DNA of 64,000 nucleotides, taken from assembly GCA_038328755.1 (NCBI GenBank), contig JBBQMH010000004.1, forward strand, positions 2,193 through 66,192, given 5' to 3'. Under the pieces are notes generated by a model, which searched no databases, was not told where the DNA came from, and saw only the letters and a program-made list of their open reading frames with translations. This DNA is from Candidatus Limnocylindrales bacterium. GTDB lineage: Bacteria > Chloroflexota > Limnocylindria > Limnocylindrales > CSP1-4. The translations under genes and the position numbers were made by a program. Below, piece by piece: positions 37,240 through 44,431 of this stretch (the first letter of the stretch is position 1; the number at the start of each line of letters is the position of its first letter).

Positions 37240-37940
37240 CGTCGATCCGTCGTCCATTCGATCGAGCCACTCGACGCGGTGATCCCGCGCGGCAGGGTCA
37301 CGTAGTCCGGGACCAGCTGCTCGGCATCGTCGAGCTGGCCGGACCGCAGCCTCGCGGAACCGAGCTGGAGCAGCGCCGCGCACAGTCCGTCCCGAGCCGC
37401 CGCGCCCCGCGCGACCGCGTCGTCGGGCGCCCGGTCCTCCAGGTCAACGGCCACGAGGGTCGTCGCTGGATCGGCCTCGATGGGGGTACCGCTCGGCAGC
37501 CTTCGAGGTTGCGCCCCAGCTCGAACGATGACCTGGTCGCGCGGGCCGGCCGGAAGCAGAAGCGTCAGATCCAGCGGCGCGGCCTCGATCCCCGGGGAGC
37601 CGGCCGCCAGCAGGAGCGCTTCGGCCGTGCTCACACCAACGATCGGGAGGCCCAGGGCATGGGCCAGGGTCTTGGCGGTGGCAAGGCCGACACGCAGTCC
37701 CGTGAAGGCGCCCGGACCAGTCCCCACGACGAGGCCCGCCAGCTCATCGCGTCGCAGGCCCGCTTCGGCCATGAGGGACTGCACCTCGTCGAGGAGCAGC
37801 TCGCCATGACGGAAACCAGCTGGGCGGCTCCGCGCGAGGATGATCCTGCCGTCGAGGCGACCAGCTCCCACGACGATCTGCGACGTCGCGGTATCAAGTG
37901 CGAGGATCCAGGGTTCGCCTGCCCCGCCCGGGGCGGTCAT
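37236..37940 (-). CDS. tsaB: tRNA threonylcarbamoyladenosine biosynthesis protein TsaB
   Basis: ILALDTATSQIVVGAG, VVGTGPGAFTGLRVGLATAKTLA. ATG 37940 overlaps the tsaE stop (ATGA). Confidence 0.85.
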   Translation of the reverse strand: MTAPGGAGEPWILALDTATSQIVVGAGRLDGRIILARSRPAGFRHGELLLDEVQSLMAEAGLRRDELAGLVVGTGPGAFTGLRVGLATAKTLAHALGLPIVGVSTAEALLLAAGSPGIEAAPLDLTLLLPAGPRDQVIVRAGAQPRRLPSGTPIEADPATTLVAVDLEDRAPDDAVARGAAARDGLCAALLQLGSARLRSGQLDDAEQLVPDYVTLPRGITASSGSIEWTTDRR

Positions 37941-38482
37941 TCGCGCTGGGCCCCGGACCCGTGGACGCCTCTGGCCGCGGGTGCGGTTGCGGCCGCGGGT
38001 GCGGTTGCGGCCGCGACGTAGCGGGCGAATCCCGTCGAGCCAGGGCCGACAACGATGCGCCGTTCGTCTTCCCCGGTTCCCTCGATCCTGATATCCAGGC
38101 GCTCGGCCGGCAGTGCCGTCCCCAGTCGATCGGGCCACTCGACCAGGGTGACGCCGGCAGCCTGCCGCTCGTCGATGAGCCCTCCGGCCAGGGCATCCTC
38201 GGCGCCAGCAAGGCGATAGAGGTCCAGGTGGAACAGCGGCAGGCGGCCCTGGTATTCCGCCATCAGGACAAATGACGGCGAGCTGATCGTTTCGACCACG
38301 CCCAGCCCTGCCCCAAAGCCCTTGGCGAAGACGGTCTTTCCCGCGCCGAGATCACCCCACAGGCAGACGAGGTCGCCGGGTTTCGCCACGGATGCCAGGG
38401 CGGCCGCCAATCCGAGCGTGTCGGCTGGAGATGCCGAACGCAGGGTCACGCCGTCGCCTGCCGCCCCGAGAAGATGTGCCAT
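37937..38482 (-). CDS. tsaE: tRNA threonylcarbamoyladenosine biosynthesis ATPase TsaE
   Basis: Walker A LWGDLGAGKTVFAKGF, SPSFVLMAEY, HLDLYRL. ATG 38482. The Ala/Thr/Pro repeat tail is encoded by an 18-bp tandem repeat. Confidence 0.85.
   Translation of the reverse strand: MAHLLGAAGDGVTLRSASPADTLGLAAALASVAKPGDLVCLWGDLGAGKTVFAKGFGAGLGVVETISSPSFVLMAEYQGRLPLFHLDLYRLAGAEDALAGGLIDERQAAGVTLVEWPDRLGTALPAERLDIRIEGTGEDERRIVVGPGSTGFARYVAAATAPAAATAPAARGVHGSGAQRE
37973..38015. repeat. 18-bp tandem repeat x2.4 (GGCCGCGGGTGCGGTTGC), in frame within the tsaE 3' end
   Basis: Unit copies at 37973-37990 and 37991-38008, plus a partial copy to 38015. Encodes AATAPA-AATAPA on the minus strand. Each unit junction forms the 8-bp palindrome GCGGCCGC (the NotI recognition sequence). 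Confidence 0.8.
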
Positions 38483-38574
38483 CGACCGAGCGTACCGGAA
38501 GGGCGTGGCACCTGCGTGCGGCGAGCCCAGCGCGCCCGTGGCGCCGGGCACCGCGCGCCCCGGGCGCCGGCCAC

Positions 38575-38593
38575 AGCGCGCCGTTGGCGCGCT
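38575..38593 (-). terminator. GC-rich stem-loop immediately after the stop of the 336-aa ORF (possible terminator or processing/stability hairpin)
   Basis: AGCGCGCC (38575-38582), loop GTT, GGCGCGCT (38586-38593): a perfect 8-bp stem. No U-tract follows. Confidence 0.25.
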
Positions 38594-39604
38594 TCAGGCG
38601 AAGCGCTCCAAGTCGCCCAGTGGCACGTGCACGGGCTGCCGCCCGCCAAGACGAATGAGGCCGGCCTCAAGCACCACACCCCCGGCAAACCGATGCAGCC
38701 CGGCGAGGCCGGCCCATCGACCCTCGAGGCCGGCAAGCGGACCAGCCGTCACACGAACCAATCCACGTGGCTGGGCCGGCGCCGCAATCCGGTCGTCGTC
38801 GAAGATGAGGCAGGCCGGTTCCGGAATGATGGCCGTCATCTGGCCCTCGAGCGCCGTGAGCACGGCCATGACCGGCGTGGCGATCGGACGCCCAAGCGCA
38901 CCCTCCAGGACCAGGATCGCGAACGGGGGCAGATCGTGAACGCCGGACCGGGCTCGCCGCTCGGATGCGATCACCTCACGACGTTCCTTGACGCCCAGGC
39001 CGGCCACGATCATGCCGCGCACACCAACCGCCCGGGCCCGGGTGATCGCCTCGGCGTCGATCGTCGCTCCGACGACGAGGATGGCTCCCGCGCCGCCGAC
39101 GTCGATCTCCGACGTCCGGACATGTCCGTCCCGAGCGGCCAGGACGTGGACCTTGCCGACGGTCGGCCCACCGAGGGCATCGGCCCCCACGAGCGCCTGT
39201 GCCTCCATCCGAAGGCTCAGTCCCGCTCCGGGCGCGACACTACCGACCATCCCGCTGAATGGGGCCGTCAGCGGATCTCCGAGTTCCCCCGTGGCCACGC
39301 GCCACCGACCACCGCTCCGGAACAGGAGCTCGCCCTGTCCGATCCGCCCGACCGCTCCGCGACGGGCGGGACGGCCGGCCCACCAGGTCCCGGGCTGCGT
39401 CTCCGACCCGCCCGGGCCACTGGCAACCTCGGTCCGAAGGTCCCGCCGGCGCTCGGCCAGTGGTGCCCCACGGACCACGGCTTCGCCTGGCGAAACGAGC
39501 GCCTGCTCACCTGGTTGCATCGAGAACCAGGCTTCAAGGCCGCGCACGGTGACCTGTCGAGGGCGAACGAGCTCGAATCCGAGCGGCAGCGTGTCGGTCG
39601 TCAT
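38594..39604 (-). CDS. hypothetical protein, 336 aa, with C-terminal NusG-like KOW motif
   Basis: GC3-rich ORF with ATGA overlap to the upstream 547-aa ORF. The C-terminus GLVRVTAGPLAGLEGRWAGL...VLEAGLIRLGGRQPVHVPLGDLERF resembles a KOW/SH3 barrel. The middle segment AILVVGATIDAEAITRARAVGVRGMIVAGLG looks like a swivel domain without the His. Confidence 0.6.
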   Translation of the reverse strand: MTTDTLPLGFELVRPRQVTVRGLEAWFSMQPGEQALVSPGEAVVRGAPLAERRRDLRTEVASGPGGSETQPGTWWAGRPARRGAVGRIGQGELLFRSGGRWRVATGELGDPLTAPFSGMVGSVAPGAGLSLRMEAQALVGADALGGPTVGKVHVLAARDGHVRTSEIDVGGAGAILVVGATIDAEAITRARAVGVRGMIVAGLGVKERREVIASERRARSGVHDLPPFAILVLEGALGRPIATPVMAVLTALEGQMTAIIPEPACLIFDDDRIAAPAQPRGLVRVTAGPLAGLEGRWAGLAGLHRFAGGVVLEAGLIRLGGRQPVHVPLGDLERFA

Positions 39605-41244
39605 CGTTCGTCTCGCGGCCAGGCTTGGGTGCTCCAGTCCGCCAGTCTGGTGCGTCGCCGATCTCGTCGCTCCGGGAGGTGCAGGGGAACATCGCGCAGG
39701 TCGACAACGAGGCCGGCCAATCCGCCGGTCGCGGAAACGGTGACCCGACGGGTCCGGCGCCCGAAACGGATCGTCCGGCCAAATTCAAGACGGGCTTCTC
39801 CGGCCGCTCCGGGTGGGAGATCCAGAAACGCCACCTCACCCGCGTTCAGGTCGCGCTCGACGGTCGCGCCGACGCTCTCGAGGGAAAGGTGGGCGTATGG
39901 CGTCTTCGCACGGCCGCCGGTGGCCGGCTTGGCGCCGGCGCCACCGGCGATGACGAGCGTCCCCAGCGGGACGAGCCCGTCACGGGCCAGGTCCGCGAGG
40001 AGCAGACGCCGCTCGGCTGGATCCTCGATCGTCCCGATCGGCCCCAGGAGCCGAGCGTGGTCGCGGACGAGCTGGGTTGTGCCGACCCGCCGAATCGTAT
40101 CCGCCACGGCAAGCGCCACGGCCTGGGGCGGGGCGGTGGCGAAGGCACCGCCGCAGACCACGGTCAGATCGGGAGAAGCGAGCGCGTCGACCTCCGGGGT
40201 CAGGCTGGCGAGACGGGCCAATGCGGCGCTGGCTGCAGCCAACCTGAGGCGCGCTCCTTCTCCAGTCCCGTCGACCCACGGACGCCGCCGTAGCTCGCGG
40301 AGCCGGTCACTCATCCGGTGCCGGTCGAGGCTGCCCGTGGACCACGCCAGGACCGAGTCGACGATCTCGTCGTCCGGCTCGGCCGGGGCGAGGCCCCCAT
40401 CGGTGGAAATGACGCCACTGCTCGTTGGACCCGCGCCGCCGACGCCCGGTTCCGCCAGGAATCGAGCGCCTCCGTGAAACCCGACATCGAGCACCTCGGT
40501 CCGGCGATCGAGCAACTCCGCCAGCGACTCGGCAGTCGCGCGCAGGCCGCGACGGCCGTCATCAGGCGCGTCGATCAGTCGATCCAGCGCGACCCGGAGA
40601 TCGTCGCCCGTCCCGCGCCGGCCGGCGATGACCGGAGCGGCCGTGATCCGGGCCGGATCGCCGGGCGGATCGTTGCCCAGCGCGTCGAGCCACGATCGGC
40701 GTGCCCGCAGTGCACCGGACAACAGGAGCCGCAATTCGGGACGGCGCCGCGCGGCGGCTCCAGCGAGTGCGGCCAGATCGTCGAGCGCGGCCCGTTCGTC
40801 GGCACCGGGCGGGTCGCTCACACCGATCAGGACGGCGCTCACATCGCGCCGCAGGACCAGCTCGGTCATCTCGCGGGGATCGTGCGTTTCGGTGGAGGCG
40901 GTCACGACCCGCCAGCCGGTCCGGTGGGCATGAATCGAGAGCTCGTCGACCGTGCGCCGCGTGGCGCCGATGACCGCCAGGGTTTCCGGCGGCCGGCTTC
41001 GGGCCGCCAGGCGCGGCATCCAGTCGAGCGCAGTGTCGCGCAGTTCGGGGTGTTTCCCGAGCTCGGGATCCGCGTCGCGTAGTCGTCCGACCAGCACGGC
41101 CAGCAGTGCGGATTCGGAGGTCCCGGCCGGGCCGGCAAGACTGCCCATGAGGCGCCAATGCCCGGCAATGCGGACGAGCAGACTGACCGAGGTGGTGGCG
41201 CCACCAGCATCGATCACGGCGAGGGTCTCAGGTGCCCGGGTCAC
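39601..41244 (-). CDS. hypothetical protein, 547 aa, with actin-like (ASKHA) ATPase-type motifs (MutL/EutA-like?)
   Basis: LAVIDAGGATTSV at residues 8-20 (PHOSPHATE-1-like), VLDVGFHGGA at about 251-260 (PHOSPHATE-2-like), and DLTVVCGGAFA at about 359-369 (ADENOSINE-like), in the canonical order. No other family signature recognised. Confidence 0.6.
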   Translation of the reverse strand: MTRAPETLAVIDAGGATTSVSLLVRIAGHWRLMGSLAGPAGTSESALLAVLVGRLRDADPELGKHPELRDTALDWMPRLAARSRPPETLAVIGATRRTVDELSIHAHRTGWRVVTASTETHDPREMTELVLRRDVSAVLIGVSDPPGADERAALDDLAALAGAAARRRPELRLLLSGALRARRSWLDALGNDPPGDPARITAAPVIAGRRGTGDDLRVALDRLIDAPDDGRRGLRATAESLAELLDRRTEVLDVGFHGGARFLAEPGVGGAGPTSSGVISTDGGLAPAEPDDEIVDSVLAWSTGSLDRHRMSDRLRELRRRPWVDGTGEGARLRLAAASAALARLASLTPEVDALASPDLTVVCGGAFATAPPQAVALAVADTIRRVGTTQLVRDHARLLGPIGTIEDPAERRLLLADLARDGLVPLGTLVIAGGAGAKPATGGRAKTPYAHLSLESVGATVERDLNAGEVAFLDLPPGAAGEARLEFGRTIRFGRRTRRVTVSATGGLAGLVVDLRDVPLHLPERRDRRRTRLADWSTQAWPRDER

Positions 41245-41299
41245 CCCGCCATGCTACCGGCGCATGAAGAACCTGGGCGTGCCGGTTGATCCTGCGAGT

Positions 41300-41596
41300 T
41301 CACGCGTCCCAGGTGATCTCTTCGTCGAGGTCCTCGAGCCGCTCGATCAGCTGCTCAATCCCGTCATCGTCCGCCAGGATGGCGCTGGCACCGGCCATCT
41401 CGCCGCCGAAGAGACTCCGCAGAACCGGGTCGAAGAAAAGCATGGCATTGGCACCGAGCGGCCGATACGGACGACTCGCGTGGAGGAAATGCACGGCGGA
41501 GGTGGTCATGCCGCGAAGCTGGATCTCGCGCGCAACCTCCTCGATGAGCTCGTCGCGCTGATCGTCGGGCATCTCGCCCGGCCCGAACGTGGTCAC
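41300..41596 (-). CDS. hypothetical acidic protein, 98 aa
   Basis: The GTG start overlaps the macro-domain gene stop (GTGA at 41593-41596). Both termini are acidic (DDQRDELIEE, LEDLDEEITWDA). No motif recognised. Confidence 0.5.
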   Translation of the reverse strand: MTTFGPGEMPDDQRDELIEEVAREIQLRGMTTSAVHFLHASRPYRPLGANAMLFFDPVLRSLFGGEMAGASAILADDDGIEQLIERLEDLDEEITWDA

Positions 41597-42144
41597 GTTG
41601 ACATCGCGGGAGTGCCGCCCTCGGGCCTGCCGGCCATGAGGGTCGGCCCGGCCAATGCACGCTGGAACGCCTGATAGGCGGCCGATCCTCGCAGCGCCAG
41701 GACGACCTGGACGAGGCTTCCTGGATCGACGAGCTCTTCGCGGAGCGTCCTGACCACGACATCGGCCGCTTCATCGAGTGGAAAACCGCCGACGCCGGTC
41801 CCGAGCGCGGGGAATGCGATGCTCGTCGCGCCAATTTCTCTCGCGCGCGCCACGGCGCTCCTGACCGCTGCGGCAATGGCTTCCGCCGTCGTTCGGCGAT
41901 CGTGGTCCAGTGACACGGCATGAATGACGGCCTTCGCCGCGAGGCGTCCCGCGGGCGTCACGACCGCCGACCCAATGGCCAGTGGGCCCTGGCGGACGGC
42001 CGCAAACTCGATCTCGTCCCCACCGGCCCGCTTGAGTGCTCCGCCGACACCAGTCGACATCCAGAGCGAGGGGCCCGCAGGGTTCACGATCGCGTCGACC
42101 TCGAGGACGCAGATGTCCCCGTTCCACAGTTCCAGGCGAGTCAT
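41593..42144 (-). CDS. macro domain protein (ADP-ribose / O-acetyl-ADP-ribose binding or hydrolase)
   Basis: GDICVLEVDAIVNPAG, GVGGALKRAGG, KAVIHAV, SIAFPALGTGVGGFP. The ATG overlaps the alr stop (ATGA at 42141-42144). Confidence 0.85.
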   Translation of the reverse strand: MTRLELWNGDICVLEVDAIVNPAGPSLWMSTGVGGALKRAGGDEIEFAAVRQGPLAIGSAVVTPAGRLAAKAVIHAVSLDHDRRTTAEAIAAAVRSAVARAREIGATSIAFPALGTGVGGFPLDEAADVVVRTLREELVDPGSLVQVVLALRGSAAYQAFQRALAGPTLMAGRPEGGTPAMST

Positions 42145-43358
42145 CCGTCTCCTCCGGAGACGAGGGTGCGGGTAAGCGTCGATCCGGCCGCGGCATCGTA
42201 CACCCGAGGAAGCCGCCGGGCCATGTTCGTGACGACCTCCCAGGAATTGGTGGTGCGGCGCCGCGCCAGGTCCGCGACCGTGATCTGAGCGGACCCCTGC
42301 CGTCCGATGAGGACGAATTCATCGTCGATGGTCACCGGTGGGCCGGGCACCTTCGTGACGTCGGCCATGATCGCATCCATCGCGACGGTGCCGACGAGCG
42401 GCACGCGCACGCCACGGACGAGGGCTTCGGCGGCATTCGAGAGGGACCGAGACCAGCCGTCTCCGTATCCGAGCGGCAGCGTGGCGATCCGGCTGGGCCT
42501 GGCGGTCCGGAAGGTCGGGCCGTAGCTGATCCCCCAGCCGGCTGGCAGATCCGCAACCCTGACCGGGCGCGCCTTGAGCGAGAGAATGGGCCGAAGGGCC
42601 TGCGCGTGCGGGCTCAGCGGCCGATCGGCGAGCTCGTCGGGCACGAGGCCGTAGATCGACAGTCCAGGTCGTACCGAGTCGTAGGATGCCGCGCCCTCGG
42701 TCAGCAGTGAACCGCTCGCCCGAACGTGGCGGATTGGGATCCGAACACCTGCCTGGCGAAGCGCGGCAGCGGCCGCGTCGAAGGCCGCGAGCTGGCGCGC
42801 CGTGATGTCAGGGTCTTCTGCGGCTTGAAGGTGGGTCCACAGGCCGTCGAGACGCATGGACCGGTTGGCTGCCACGGTTCGCGCCGCCGAGACGAGCGCG
42901 TCGCCCACCATGCCGCCCCGCCCGAGTCCGGTTTCGACCTCCAGCTGAATGCCGAGGCGACGGCCCGTCCATCCCTCGAGCGCGCGGACGGTGCGATCGA
43001 GGAGCTGGGGGTCGCCAGCCGGAATCGCAATCCTTCGCCGCGCCGCCTCCTGGGCCCAGGCGGGCGGGATCGGGTACAGGACCTGGATCGGTCGACGGAT
43101 TCGAGCACGACGAAGCTCGAGGGCTTCGTCAATCGTGGCAACGCAGAACCCATCGGCCCCGGCTGCTTCGAGTGCTCGAGCGATCGGTATCGCCCCGTGG
43201 CCATAGGCATCTGCCTTGACGACCGGATGAACGGGCCTGCCGGATCCCGCCAGGGCGCGAAGGGTCGCCAGGTTGCCCACCAGGGCGTCAAGATCGATGG
43301 TCAGCCAGGCCGACCGCGGCAGCTCGGCGGTCGCGGGGATCCTCGGTGCCGGGGCCAT
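42141..43358 (-). CDS. alr: alanine racemase
   Basis: PLP-lysine motif VHPVVKADAYGHGAIPIA and C-terminal PLGYGDGWSR...VPLVGTVAMD. Confidence 0.95.
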   Translation of the reverse strand: MAPAPRIPATAELPRSAWLTIDLDALVGNLATLRALAGSGRPVHPVVKADAYGHGAIPIARALEAAGADGFCVATIDEALELRRARIRRPIQVLYPIPPAWAQEAARRRIAIPAGDPQLLDRTVRALEGWTGRRLGIQLEVETGLGRGGMVGDALVSAARTVAANRSMRLDGLWTHLQAAEDPDITARQLAAFDAAAAALRQAGVRIPIRHVRASGSLLTEGAASYDSVRPGLSIYGLVPDELADRPLSPHAQALRPILSLKARPVRVADLPAGWGISYGPTFRTARPSRIATLPLGYGDGWSRSLSNAAEALVRGVRVPLVGTVAMDAIMADVTKVPGPPVTIDDEFVLIGRQGSAQITVADLARRRTTNSWEVVTNMARRLPRVYDAAAGSTLTRTLVSGGDG

Positions 43359-44431
43359 CAGGAGGCGGGAGGCGGGGCTGTACGAACCGTGAAGCCGAGT
43401 CGTTTCCCGCCACGCTCCCGCTCGGCGATCGCCGCCAGTCGCTTCCTGGCGATCGGCAGGGCTTCCGTCAGGTCCGATGCCAGCATCCCGGCGTCGCCGA
43501 GTCGTTCCCGGACGATGTCGCCTGCCGTGCCGTGGAGGTAGACGCCCGCTCGGGCGGCCGCGCCCGGCGTCAGGCCCTGGGCCAGCAGCGAACCGATCAC
43601 GCCGGCCAGCACATCGCCCGTCCCGCCCGTTGCCAACCCGGGATTCTCGAATGGCGCGACGGACACCCTCCCGTCGGGATCGGCGATGACCGTCCGGGCA
43701 CCCTTCAGCACGACGACCTGGCCCCAGCGCGACGCCGCGTCACGGCTGGCCGCTGCCCGGTCCTCGTCATTCGCGGCGAGATCGCCGTCGGCCGCCGGAT
43801 CGATCCCGGCGTCGGCCCTGAGTCGAGCGAATTCCCCGGGATGCGGAGTCAGTACGGCCGGTCGTGTCGCGCCGGTCCACCACTCTCCGAGCGTGGCCAT
43901 CGACCGAAGCGCCTCGGCGTCCAGGACGATCGGGGCCGGCGTCGCCTCGCCCGAAGCTCCGAGGAGCTGGCGGACCAGCTCGGTCGTCGCCAGACCCGGC
44001 CGCAGGCCGGGACCGAGAACGATCGCGTCGTGCTCGTGATCGAGGATTCTGGCCAGCGCCGGCTCCGGGTCGAGCTCTTCGACATCGTCCTCGGGAAGCG
44101 CCATGGTCGTTGCCTCGACCACCTTGGCGGCGAACAGCGGCTGCAGGGACTCGGGGATTGCGAGCGTGACGAGACCGGCGCCGGAGCGACCGGCGGCCCG
44201 GCAGACCAGCAGTGCAGCGCCTGCATAGTCGAGCGACCCGGCGATGACGAGCAACTTCCCGAAGGTCCCCTTGTGACCGCGCGGCGAACGTTCCGGCAGG
44301 AGCGCGGCGATCGTCCGGTCGTCGAGGACGGGGCGCTCGTCGCCCGCGGCGGGAGGCGCGGATTCCGCGAGGCTCGCAGCGTCGACCGGGTCGGCCGGCT
44401 GATGGCGGAATCCCAGTTGCCGCTCAGCCAT
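43358..44431 (-). CDS. ADP-dependent NAD(P)H-hydrate dehydratase (YjeF C-terminal domain only)
   Basis: HKGTFGKLLVIAGSLDYAGAALL, VLTPHPGEFARL, GGTGDVLAGVIGSLLAQG. No YjeF_N epimerase domain precedes it. ATG 44431 overlaps the acpS 3' end by 8 nt. Confidence 0.85.
   Translation of the reverse strand: MAERQLGFRHQPADPVDAASLAESAPPAAGDERPVLDDRTIAALLPERSPRGHKGTFGKLLVIAGSLDYAGAALLVCRAAGRSGAGLVTLAIPESLQPLFAAKVVEATTMALPEDDVEELDPEPALARILDHEHDAIVLGPGLRPGLATTELVRQLLGASGEATPAPIVLDAEALRSMATLGEWWTGATRPAVLTPHPGEFARLRADAGIDPAADGDLAANDEDRAAASRDAASRWGQVVVLKGARTVIADPDGRVSVAPFENPGLATGGTGDVLAGVIGSLLAQGLTPGAAARAGVYLHGTAGDIVRERLGDAGMLASDLTEALPIARKRLAAIAERERGGKRLGFTVRTAPPPAS

Noticed and set aside
38474-40477. 667-aa plus-strand ORF opposite the unknown 336/547-aa genes. 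Similar long antisense ORFs occur at 7519-9099, 20093-21478, 30574-32037, 44457-45776, 49831-51795 and 61126-62370.
   Set aside because: The translations are Arg/Pro/Gly-dominated with no motifs. The minus-strand frames show ATGA coupling with neighbours and more protein-like composition. The other listed ORFs are antisense to clearly identified genes.
41593-42144. Macro domain as a DarG-like antitoxin of a DarTG toxin-antitoxin pair
   Set aside because: The protein is a bare macro domain without the DarG C-terminal domain. No DarT-like ORF of about 200 aa is adjacent. The neighbours are alr and an acidic 98-aa ORF.
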